64,000 bases of DNA from Thalia democratica (Eukaryota). The DNA is taken from positions 74,462,001 through 74,526,000 of the forward strand of contig OZ241826.1 in the NCBI GenBank assembly GCA_965202585.1, in the 5' to 3' direction. Positions 1 to 13,100 of this stretch are shown here, piece after piece. How positions within the stretch are numbered: the stretch's first letter is position 1; every line of letters starts with the position of its first letter. The translations under genes were made by a program, and so were the position numbers. Below the pieces are notes generated by a model. That model saw only the letters and a program-made list of their open reading frames with translations. It did no database searches and was not told where the DNA came from.

Positions 1-986
1 AAACTTGTGAAAATATTTTGAAGTTTACTTTATAAAGTAAAATATTTAACTTTTTTTAAAAGCTGATTTATAAAGTTAAAGCTTTAAAAAGTTAAGCTTG
101 TATGAAAAAGGTTTATTGGTTTATATAAACTTTAATTTAGTTTTTATTACTGCATGTACTTGGTTTTGACTATACTTCAACCGTCTTAATTTACTATGCC
201 ATTTAGTTATCTTGATAACGTTATCAGACTTTAATAATGTAAAATTATACTTTTATTAACTAAAAGCTATGTCAGTTCGTAGATGAAAAAATTATCAAAT
301 CATTCAATAATTGTGTAATTTCAATTAAAGAATTATCTTCCTAAAAGCTAATGAATAAATAGAAGAAGTTAAACTAGTACTTGCAAAACTAGAATGAGTA
401 AAAGACATGATCACTAAAAATAAGTATTTTAATCTTATTATGCTTGTTATTTAAGTAAACACGATCTGACACAGGTTAATCGTAGATAAAGACTTAATTT
501 GACTGCTAATTGACAAATTTAATAATAGTTGATTAGCGGGTATAAAGTTAATTAGACGAATTTAAACTAAAGTTTTGAGATTTTGCTTAGTGGTCTATCT
601 ACCTGAGCGTTAAACTTAACACATTCCCGGGCTGCGTGTTTATTTGTTTACCAAGCGAGACTTTATCAATTTATTGATCAGAAACTTCTGACTAATAATC
701 TGATTAACACGGGTAAATTGCTAACAAAATATTCTGCGCTTCCTTGTTAAAGAAAACAATAATTAAAGTATCTTGCGAGTTTAAGAAGAACTTTTTTTTT
801 GTAAAGCATGTTTTTGAAAGATAATAGACTTTCTAACGATAATTCATATCAATATCTTGGTTTTTTTAATCTGTTGTTTTTAAACAAATCATTAATTAGT
901 TGTTGCAAATTGTCAGAGAATTATAATTACCATAGCTTTTTAATAATCAAAATATTTTAAGTAACGTATTTTTAAATTTTATACAG

Positions 987-1120
987 AACCAGCCAAAATA
1001 TACTTGGATTGCTGTGACACCGATAACGACTTGGTGACTGTGAAGGCTGGCACCAAGCTCGAGCTAAACTTAACCAAGCCACAAGGATATTCAAGCTTCC
1101 TATGGAACAAAGACGGCCAG
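987..1120 (+). CDS. MYBPC: MyBP-C-like exon, C5 N-half (EPAKIYLDCCDTDNDLVTVKAGTKLELNL...WNKDGQ)
   Basis: Acceptor tacag at 982-986; donor gtatca at 1121; phase 1 to 0. Confidence 0.88.
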
Positions 1121-4100
1121 GTATCAACTTTGTCAAAGCAAACTTTAAAGTGTCTGTTGTTTTCAAAATGAGTAAAACTATAATCGTTTTTTAGAAAAGC
1201 GGTAATACTTATTATAGTTATTTGTTTAATAAACGTAGTTAGTGCAATTATTAGTTGTGACTCGAAAAACTAAAAGGCAGACTTTATTTCTCATTTAGTA
1301 TATTCAATTTATTTAAATTAAACCTACTTATTACATCATGCAAAGTATGAAACATTTATTTTTCTATTTACTGAAACTTTCTTTACAATCTTCCTATAAA
1401 AACCTTAAATTTATTCGCAACAAAAAAATATATAATGAAGGTCACTTAGTAAATAACGACTTAATTTAATTTTACATCCATTAGTTATACAAATATTTTA
1501 TTTATTGATTTACTGTTTACTTTTAAGAACTGCTTTAGTAGTTAAAATATCCGTATAGAAATAACTTGAAACTTGACTAATTTTGTAAATGTGATTATTT
1601 AGATACACTGAAAAATTACGAGCAGAACGCTTTATGTCTGTTATTTATATCTTTACAATAAATTTGGTTGTAAAAGAAACTATAAGTCGTCGCCTTGATC
1701 AAACATTATTATGTTATTTGTATATTGTTATTGATATATGTTTTAAACAAACTTATTACACCTGAAAAATCTTTTTTGATAAAAAACTAAAACCAGCTTA
1801 GTAGCGGTGAAAACGTCTTAATTGTGTCATATACCAGTTGGGGCTAATCACATCAACTCAGCTGATTAAAGTTTAGCATCTCTGTAATCTTGAGCATCTT
1901 AATTTGAACACAATAAGATAAACGTGTCTAAACTTATCTGGAAAGTGGTGATCAGATCACCGCTTGATATTGCTAATTAAGTCGAGAGTAGGGTTGGCAC
2001 TGTGATTGAAAAATTCTAATTTAATCCTTCGTTTTGAGTGAACAAGAAAGTTACAGGTTCATTCAAACGCATCATATCCTAGTTTAATGAACAACGTACA
2101 AAGTAGTTGTAGAGATTTAAAAAAAAATTAATAAAAAATTCTAAATTAACTATTTTTAGTAGAAAACTATGTTTTCATATTTTAGTTTATGTCCTACATG
2201 GTTAATCAATATTAACGTGTGACAAAAGAATCTATTTTTTTGACTGAATAGACTTTGCTAACAATAAGTCTTATCATTATTTAAATATATCTATTTTCTT
2301 ATGTATATACTTATTTAAAAATCAGTAAAAACTGGTCATAACTGTAACTTTCTGAGATATTCTGTTTTAAACATTTTAAATTCTGGTTGAATGATTTATA
2401 CTATTGTCGCATGTAATTTTTTGATGCTTTTGGTTTAATAGTCGGACTGTACCACTTTTTCTTACAAATACATCTTTTAAAACGTGACAGTGCCTTGATA
2501 TACTATAGATTGAAACAACTTGTTATTGCCTAACTTTAAAAACACTTTAGATAGTTTTTAAATCTTTGTTGCTTTTTATGCATCTAACAAAGCCATGGTA
2601 AAAAGCACTATAAAAGTTATTACGATTAGAAAAGTTTGTTTAGTTGTCGTGTTCTACTAAACTGAACTTTATTACGAAACACCTACTATAATTCTTTTTA
2701 CTAGTTTTTGTTTAAATTTACATGAGTAGACCTTAAAATAATTTTATAATTTTTTTTTAATAACTTCCTTCAAACTTACACCGTACAAAACTAATTTTAT
2801 TCAAATTTAAAAAGCAATAAAACTTTATATATAATTACATTCAAACACTCTCAATCTCACGTTAACTTGTTTAATATAGCTGATTAAATCTAACACGGGG
2901 CCATTAACTGGCTTTTCGATTCAACCAGGTGATAAAGAAAAATTAATTTAAATATAACAATGTTAATTGCTTTTACGAGACTTTTTTGTAATTATATTTA
3001 ATGTAAATAAATCAGAGTTTTATTATTTTCATGGCCTTTTCAATCATAATAGAAACTTGCTAGGTTATTTTTGACTAATGCTTCTTTAATTTATTTACTT
3101 TTTATAAGATCATCTGCAGCTGTTTAAATATTAGTCTTAATTTTTTCAATCGCTTGAAAATTAGTTTTAATTTGATTTTGTGAAAGATTTTTAATCAATA
3201 AAGTTATTTTTAGAACGTTGAAACACAACATGAACAAATTAAAATGAACGTTTAAACATATAACTTTTTATGAACATGCCTAAACCGTACAGAACTTGAC
3301 ATGCAGCGATGACTTGGCGCGAATCAAAGTGAAAGACGAAGAGAACTTTGTTGAGAGCTCGCTGATCATAAAGAGCACCAGACTGGAAGATTCGGGAACA
3401 TACACCGTCACTCCGATGAACCGGAACGAAGACAACGTCATGGCGTCTGCCGTCATGAAAGTTGTGGTGATCGGTGAGTTTTCATCTTGGCTAGTTTCGC
3501 GTTTGTTTTTCCGGTTAGTGTCAGTAGAGATGTAACTCTTGCTGCAAATAAAGTAGACTAACTATAAATTATATAGTTATTTATTTTCCAGCCCTATACG
3601 TAATAATTTTTTTAAACTGGTTGTAAGACTAACGGTTAGTACACCTCAACTATTTTTAGATACACCTGGTAAAGTTTCGAAGCCTACTGTTTCCGAAATC
3701 AAAACTGATTCTTGCTTGGTTTCTTGGAATGCACTAAGCACAGATTCTATCAAAGAACAAGAGTCTCTAGGTTAGATTATATTAACTTACATTAAGATTT
3801 CTAAGTCACGGTAATAACGGTTTGAAATTAATAACAAAAACACTACAAGTTGTTAAAATTTAATTTGTGCCATATTTGTTAAAACAACACAGCAGACAGT
3901 TATTTTTTTCATTCTAAAAGTATTAAAACCAAAATATGTAACAACAATTTTTTCTCTTAAAATCGGTTTTAGTTTATACTTTTTTTTATTTAAGTAATTT
4001 CATTATCGAATTTCTATGCAAGTTCATAATGCAAGCAGACTTTTACAACAAAGTAACATGTAAAAAATAACAAAAACTATAAACAATAATCGTCCCAATT

Positions 4101-7100
4101 TTTATCGATCAGCCTTCGAGCTGTTTTTGAACGTTAACCAACAAATTTTATTTTGACCGTCATAGCAGGCCAACAGACGTATAATCAATTCATGTTCACC
4201 TTAAACCATCTGTCACACAACTTGCTTCCTGCAAGCATTCAAATTGCACGTTCGAAAAAGCAAAACGTCTGAATTATTTTTTACCTTTTCGTTGCCATGC
4301 GTTTGTTTTTTTGCTCAACAAGACTATAAAGCACACTTAGCTTTACAGAAAAACCTATAAATTTAAAAGCAACACGAGCTTTATGACGTTTAAAACTTTG
4401 AAAACACGCTTTGCGCTGAAATCAATGACTTGTTTTAAACTTGGTGTGCTAAAGACTTGAGAGACGTGATAAATTTTGAAGTTTCGCTTCACACACACAC
4501 ACAACACGCTGACGGGTTCGATTTTTTATCGCAGTTTTAATGCAAAACGTTGAAGCTTCGATTTAATGTCAGCCTAATTAATCATTCTGACGGCATTTCT
4601 TTGATGTTTGTGCTACACCGAAATCGAGAACCCTTAACGTTTTCAACACATGTGCAAGTTCAAACTACATTGTTTTGTTTAAAGTTTATTTGCCAATATC
4701 ACATAAAAACGTTTATAAAAAATTCCTAATTTTTCAAAAGTTAAGACAACACTTATGAACAAAAAAATTCCCTCTGCCCAACAGGTTATTTCGTCGAGAG
4801 GCGCAAAATAGGTCTGAGGAGGTGGATCAAGTGCAACGTGGAGCCATGTACCGAGGACCGGATGGTGGTGAGGAGGTTGGTGGAGGGAGTGGACTACGAG
4901 GTGCGGGTAACTGCAGCGAACAGCATCGGGATCGGCCCGCCGAGCGAGCCTTCTGCACCCTTCACACCTTTGGGTACGTTGGACTGCTGAAAACATAGCC
5001 GCTTTAAAGTAATATATATGCAGTGTTTGCTGTTTTATGTAGCAACCATAAACGCTCGTAATTGGTAATTTCTTTAAACACTCCGGTAATAAATGTTCGT
5101 GATTTAAATTTGTCAGTTAGATTAAAACTTTTTAGGTCTCTGAGTAGATTGTTATCCGCAAGTATCTTGTTATAACTTTGTGCCTTCAATATTATAGTTA
5201 ATTTTCAGTATTTATTTTTAGTTAAAGTTTTCTAAATTATGATTTTTTGATATAACAACATAAATATTAGTTATTTACCAAGTTTTAATGAGCTATGTAT
5301 AAATTCACGGTGATTAATTGATTAAAGTTATACACATTATTAAAATTTACTAAGCAGTTATCTAGATTTTGAATTTATTTTGAAACGATGATTTTTTTCT
5401 TGATCCCTTATTTGATGAATTTTCATTCATGTCAGCAATAAATTTAAGCTTATGTAAGTAAAACCCTATAAATATTTTTAGCTTTGCCAAGTTAGTTCAA
5501 AATTAGTATAGAACAAGTTTTTACAAATCAACATAACATGCTTTTTTAATCTGCTGTTTGAATTTTTTCAAAAAATAAACTTGCTTAAAGTTTATATAAT
5601 AACAATTATTTACAAAACTTATCGAAAACTAACTTTAAATAAGTTAAGTATTTGCATTCATTTTTAATATTAGTATGCAAATTTTATCTCACTTGGGTTA
5701 TATAAAAGTAGTTTAAAGTAAAAACATTGGCTTACGTTTCATTAAAGGTGTCAAAGTTTTAAGTGTTAATAACAACGTTTTTAATTAAACTCCTACAAAA
5801 AGGCACTTAGTTGCTTTTTTTTCACCGATGTAAAGCGTTGTATTGTTTACAGCTGCTTAAATATCAACACCTTTTTGTTGAGCTTAGCTTGGCAAGGCTA
5901 ACCGAGTTTACAGTATTGACAAAACAAATACTTAAGATAATTTTTACCGAGCCAAACATTCTTTTTTTTTACTTTTTTGCCACTGCTTCTAGATTAATTC
6001 AATTAAAATAACTTATGATGTTGTTTATATTATCAATTATCATTCTTTCAAAATCTTCGAGGTACTCATGTTATATTAGTTTTTAAAACTAAACTAAATT
6101 TTTTGTTTACTTATTTGTATAAAACTGTTTGAATATGTAAAAATTGTTTTTAAGTTTTAATCTTGTAGATTTTTCAACACAAGCTACATTAACTAGGAAA
6201 TCATAGTATTCAAATGTGACATGAGTCTTAAAACAAACATTTAAGGAAAAAACCGTATTTCCACTTTACCAAAACTCATACGTATATGAAGCAGACTAAC
6301 AATATTTTTTGTTCACTAACACATCAGCACAGCCTTCCACTTCTTGAAGCCACCCACCGAGCGTTCAGAATGACATTCCCTAAAATAACTCCGCGCAATA
6401 AGCTGCTGGTGAAAAGAAGCGGAATTACGAATAATCCCTGGAACCAGCCAAGCGTGTTAATCCGCTAACTAAAAGATCCGTCACCGGCATAAATACGAGT
6501 AAACAGAAAAACATATCTGAAGATGATTTCGGGCCGTCAGCCCGTAATTCGAAAACTGCTCCGCGACTTACGCTGAACCGACCGACGTCGAGTTTTCGAG
6601 ATGAGACGATCGCGCGGCGGTGGACATTCATCATGCGCTTAGTGGCTGTCAGCTCAGCGGCAAATTGTCAATGTGACCTTGCCGGCACCCACCACCGTCG
6701 AAGTGACAGGCTAGCATGTGAGGGCTAATGCTCTCCAGGCCGGCGGTAATTTGAGTCGTCAGCAGACAGCAAATTGCCCCGGCAGGGATCTCAATTTCAT
6801 CTTGGTTCTTCATCTTCTTTCAGTGATTTATATCCCGGTGTCATGTCAAGTAATTTCGCCGCTACTTAAGATAAACGCGCGGTTATGAAGGGCACTTGAG
6901 TGTAATTGACAGCCGACCGCGGCCATTTCGGGCTCATTACCCAGCCAGGGCCTGAAACTTTCAAGCTCTGCATCCACACAACTAACCCTTAAAGCTCAGG
7001 AGGCATTACTCGAGGGTGGTCCGTTTCGATGAAAAAAAACTGCAGAAGCTTCAAATTCGCATTTAATTTGCAGCTCGATAGCATTGCGAACGCCTCTAAA

Positions 7101-10100
7101 GTGTTTATAGCTTAAAAACAACGTTATCGCGGCTGCGAATCAAAGTTTATTTATAGCTTAAGTGCGTAATTTAGATTGTTTAGGTGTTGCAATTGCGCTC
7201 AAATTGTTTTGCCCGTGTTAGCTCAAGGTCGCTTGCAACAGCTTCTCACCCTTGAAACGAGCGATAAGAAGCAACGTGTAAAGCTTAAGCGTTTCTTTTT
7301 CGGCTATTTGTTTACAAGCGTTTGTGTGACTGCTCGGCAAAATTTTGAACTTGTTTTGTAAACGTACCTTGTGAGACTTAATCGTGTGAAAAACAAACTG
7401 ATCTGTGAGAATCATGTTTACCATATATAAACTTAAGCTGTAGTTGTTGTCTATTAGTGGCTGATTGAAATAATAATTAAGTGCACTTTAAATAACTTAA
7501 CCTTTAACTACGTATAATTTTGTATAGACAGTTTTTTTCAAAAACAAGCAATTTGTAAAAACTTTAATTCCATTATGGCAAAAAAAAAATTTGAAGTGTA
7601 ATAGTTGAAATAATTTACTTTGTTGCACTAATATGTTACTAAAACATAAATTAGAAATTTAAAAAATCATTATCATTTAGCAACAAAATAGCAAACCCGA
7701 AAAGGACGTTTTTTGATTAAAAAAAAATACAAGTGACAAATTATCAGGGTTGTGCGAGAAGCCGGAAAAGTTTCGAGTGACGTCAGCAAGCGATGACGCG
7801 ATATCGCTGACGTGGAGGTCGGACGATCAATCAAGCTCCAATGTTGACGGATACAAGGTTTGCTTCTGTTATACGTTTGAACAACTGATCAAACAATGCG
7901 TTTGTTGGGTTTGTCACTTTGTACTCACATACTCATCGTTTTGTCGAAATGATAAATTGATGCTGCATAAAACTAATAAAAAAATAAAAAATAAAACTGC
8001 AAACTTAATAGTAAATCAAGCTTTAAGTATTTTTTAAATTGATAACTAAACTCTTTACGAACTTCAATCATATCTAAACTTACTTTGTCAGCTCGAAAAG
8101 ACGTTGTACAAAAGAGACAGCCAAGCAGAAGAGGTATGGTCGCAAGTCACTGACGCGCTGATACAACCTGATGAGAACAGTTTTGTGGTGGACGGACTGC
8201 AGACGGGCCTGAAGTACAAGTTTCGCATCGCTGCGGTGAACAGGGCAGGACGGAGCCAGTTTGCGGAAATTTCGGAACCGGTTACTTGTGCTTCGGTTGT
8301 TGGTCAGTTTTTTTTTGATAAAAATACTTTGAAGAAAAGTTTAAGCTTTTTGATATTTATTTTAATTTAAAAAAATATTATGTTATGATAAATTATGACT
8401 TAAAGTGCTAGACTTTTTGATATTGTTTTGCACTTTTTACCACAAGAAACAATCTTAAGTGATCTTTTAAATTATTTTAAAGTTAAAAGAAGAAACTTAA
8501 ATGCTAGTAAAAAAAATTGCGACTAAAAACTACGAAATTAGGTGCAACAGAAAGACTGTTGTTTTTTAACCAAGTGTTACAACAAAATAGCTGAATAAGC
8601 TACAAATCGCATGGCACAAGCTAACACGAGCCAAAAAGTTTCCAGAATTTACGTAACTCTTAAACAACAAACGAAGTTTCGCGTGGCTTTTTAACTCACG
8701 AATACAACGTTTTATAAATATAAAAGACAAATTGAAAATGTAGAAAACGTGATAACAACATCAATTGATATTACAACCGTATAACGCGCTAAGAGGTCCT
8801 TTAAATAGTTTTATTTTATTATAATTTCTGTATGGAACAAGCACGAACATGTGTTTGCCTAATGTAAAGATGTATAAAATTAGCTTCAAGGGACAAATAC
8901 GGAAGATATGTAACTTTTATGGAACATTGTTTTAACATAACGTGACATTTATGTATTTAAAAAAAGTTAAAAATAAAAATATCCTGTGCTTTTTCAAATT
9001 TTTTCGTCTTCTGTCCATCTCAAAAACAAAATCTAGGAAATTTTCTAATACTGTCAATATTTATTTTTGTCTTACTCATTTTTCCAATCAGGCAATAATT
9101 AGTCATTAAATTTACAATTCGTCAAGCTTAAAAACAGCAACACACACTTAATAAAGTCACACAGCCCCATGTAGAAACAGACTCACTTTACAAGTTGTCG
9201 ATCAACTTCAAATTTCAAGTGTCGAAACGTCGTTGAGTTATCAAGAGTTGGGTAATTAATAGTTTTTTATCGGTGACGTTACTTTCACTGGCTGTGTTTG
9301 AATGTCATGTACACATTGTTTCCTGTACTTTGTCTACTAAAATTTTAACATTAAATAGAAAACATATGTTGCTGTAAACTTGATTAAAAATAAATTTCGT
9401 TAATTCAAGTTTTATTAGAGTTTCTACGTCACTGTTTTGTTCTTTAAAAAAATATGCGCAAGCATTGAGGAAGCATTCTATAAAAAAACGCTACAGTTTA
9501 ACGAAAACTATTAAACTTTTTGCTCTTATAAACTCAAGTGTTTCAAGTGCATATGCAGCAAACTGCTTGAATTAAAAGCAAATCAAGCTGCTCTACTTCA
9601 CAAACAAACAACAATCAACAGTTCAACTGTTTGCACATGGCTATTGGGCATATGAACTGTAAGTACAAAAAGTGTTTTAGAGGATATTACTTTATCTCAC
9701 CTGACACGTTTGGAGTTTTAGTGCAAATTTGCTTTGCTCAGCAAACAAAAGATGAACAAAGTTTCAACTGTTCAAAAAACAATCTCGTGCGATATAAACG
9801 ACTAAATCAGTATATTTAGTAAATGTCAATACATTGTTAGAATTTAAAAGTCTACACTGCTTCGTTTAAAAATTATCATCAAAGCTTTTATTTATAAACA
9901 GTTAGCAACGTTCTTTTTTGGTTTATAATTTTATATTCCTCTAAAACGTTTTAATTCAAACTTTTTTTTACACTCGGCCTTAATTTCGGTATAAAAAATA
10001 TCTAGATTTTAAGAGCACAAAAGTAATATTTTTTGACAAAATTGCTTTACTTTTTCTTAATATTTACTGTAATGACAATTTGTTTCTTAATTTTCTATAA

Positions 10101-13100
10101 TAAACGTTTTATTAATAATTTATTATATACTTAAGATTTTTTTGTTGGCTTTTTAATTTAAATTTGAATTAAAGAACGAATTTCAATAGTGCTAATTATG
10201 TTGTTAACCAAGTGAAAAAAATCTTTGCAGAGATAAGTTAAACATATTAAATGAATCGAATCGATTATTGAAACGCTCAATGTAATCTGAAGATAAATCT
10301 TAAAACAAAAGGGTAGTTGAATGCGAAAGTTGGTATGATGTTTTTAAAAACTGTCGTTATTGAAACTGGAAAAGCTAATTATACCTGCTTCCATGTAAAT
10401 ATTTACATTCAAAACAATTTTGTCACTACCAAGCGAGTGCTAAAACTAGACTAGTTCGTTCAGCGTGCAACGAATTCGTTACAAGCTGTAATCAAAACCG
10501 TTAATGCCGTTTAATCCCTGTGAAAACAAACGGATTACGGCCAAACAAAAACTGAAAGCCGAACTGGTGCTTTGTGCAACTCAAAAAAGCCTTACGTCAC
10601 CGCGCTTCAGGAAATCTGGCCGGAATTCGTTATTGACAATCTCGACCAATTACAACCCATTACTTTTCATAAAAGGCACATTATAGTGATAACTAGTTTG
10701 TGATCAAAAGAAATCGCCGAGTCAAAGTGTAACAGCGGAAGGCGGAAACTTATTAATTACGGACGTCGGCTAGATAAAAAAGCGAAAAATTTTCGTGTTT
10801 TCCATTTACAACTCGGCAAGAGAAAATATTTCATACAGAATTGCGAATCTATGTACGAAATGCGCGCAGTGGCAGATAATTGGGGCCTTCTTTGTGTGTG
10901 GCTCGCCGAGGTGGCCATTGCAGCAAGTCAAGCGTGCACTACGGTGGCTATTACGCGCGAGCAAGCGAAACTTGTGCGTAATGGCTCTTTAACAACTCCC
11001 TTCTCGGAGCTGCCGACTTTCGTGTTTGTTTTCTTGATACGCGCAATTATTCAACTAGAATTTTGTCAGCGCGCTCGCTTCAACCAAACCGTGATCCGCT
11101 GGCAATTAGCTTGTTTGCGGATCCCGCTTTTCGACACCCGGCAATCGGGCCTCTCTAATACGCTTCCTCGGCCTTTCGCCGTCATTATTCAATTAACGGG
11201 CAGCAGAGCAAAGGCTCCGTCGAATTTCTGCATCAACTTGTCACCCCGCGTTGCAAATTGGCCCATCTTCCAATGATGGATGACGTTCGGTGGGTGATTT
11301 TCTTGCTTGTGTTACACTGCGCTGCCGCTCGTGTGGTGGTAGACATTACACATTTTCCTTTGTTTGCGCAAACTTTTCATGTGTGCGATTTTCGACAAAT
11401 TACGGCTCGAATGACTGCCTTGGTGAGGAAATTCAATCGAATTAGTTGCAAAGTTTTCAGTTTATTTAATCTTATTTTGCTTTCTTTGTCTTAAAAATTT
11501 TAAACTCGAAATTCTCCTTAAATAAAACAAACACTTCTCTGAACCAAGTTTATTCACAGTATTATTCAGAAAACTCATTCCTTAACGAAAGTTATAACAG
11601 TTTTTTATCCGATAGTTAAGAAAAATTAGTTTGAAACTTTGTTTGTTCTTAATTTACAAAACTTGAGTTATTTTACTCTTTTTTTCAAATCTAACTAACT
11701 TACTTACAATAAAGCACAGCAACATACCATCAGATGGTTTACTTCACAATACAAAGCCTTGTGTTAACTGCTGTCCGATGATAAGGATCTCTGTTTTTTT
11801 TAGCTGACGAAAAACACCGTCACAATGTTTATTCGGCGTGAAAGAGTGTGAAATCGCAGCAGAGATAGCCACACGAAGCTGCGCGCGATTTTACGGGTGG
11901 CATGCATCTCACCCTCACACACTTGCAATGTATGTGACATGTTTTCAAAAGTTTGTTGTACAAGAGACGTCGTTTGCTTTCAGCACCTGTCTCTGCATGC
12001 CATATGCCGGTCGATCTGATATAATTGTCATTACTCATGTTGGCTTTTGTCACGTTTTTGCGCCTGTAACGTTCTCGGGTTTCCTTGAAAGCGCAATTTT
12101 TACTGTTCAATAACCGTTCCTACTCGCTGATACTTTCAGGTGTTTGGCATGTATGGTTTAAACTTTTAAAAAATGATGTAACTTTAGAACCTAAATGAGC
12201 CTGTTTAAAGTCATCAATGACCATTACAAGGTAAATTAGTTGACAAACCATAATTGATCACATACTTTCCTTTGTCATCTACTCACATACACCTTACGCA
12301 TTTTGTTATATTATAACATAAAATTCTATGGGATGTACGCGCAACAACTAAAAATAGATGGCCAGCTTGCTGCTTTTGTTCTCCGTGCCTCTCAGTTAAA
12401 AGGTAGGTGTGGCGATCGTAATTCGCGTTTTACATCAGCTAATTACAATAAATAAAGCAGCAAATCCTCCGTGTTTGACATGAGAAGGCTGCAATTTTGT
12501 GGCGAGTAATGAGCGGCGGTAATCCCGCTACAAGGTATCGAGATCGATTGTGCGCAAACTTAAAATCTCGTTGAAGGCCCGACAGTATTTTTTTTTCTGA
12601 ACTGCTTCTGCAGCAACTGTTTCAGGCTGCAAATGCAAGTTTCTGCAAACCTAAATTGCGTTGAAACCCAGGTTTCTTCTAGAAAACGATGATCAATTGA
12701 CAATTTGATATGAAACATTAGCACAATGGTCAACAAAATTGCCGATAGAAAGGTGTGAACAGGCCATGTAGACTGGTATCTGTCAAAATGAGGTTTTTGA
12801 TAAGAAAAACGTTGGTATCATTCTGTTAATGCTCTATAAAGTGTTGTTAACATAATAACTTAAATATTTTTTATCTAATCCTCACATTGTTATTTATAGT
12901 TATTTAAATATTAATAATATATATAAATAGTTTAATACATAAAATAATTTTCGTCCTAAAAATATTACCAAGTGTTTAAAAACTCAAAAAGTCAAACTAA
13001 TTTAGCCATCTATCATCGCTTTACTACGCAGATAATTATCATTAAGATGCCTTGATATTGAAAACAGATTAGTTGAAAGATTTTATTTTGCCATTAACCA

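Noticed and set aside
972-1166. 64-aa minus-strand ORF
   Set aside because: Antisense shadow of MyBP exon 987-1120.
1121-3292. Extra exon encoding a cardiac-type C5 insert
   Set aside because: No phase 0-0 exon with credible splice sites was found; the flanking exons join cleanly without one.
4679-4996. 105-aa minus-strand ORF
   Set aside because: Antisense shadow of MyBP exon 4785-4973.
10795-12113. ORFs of 65-141 aa inside the MyBP intron as a nested gene
   Set aside because: No recognisable domains, codon bias or phase-compatible splice chain; kept only as non-coding islands.
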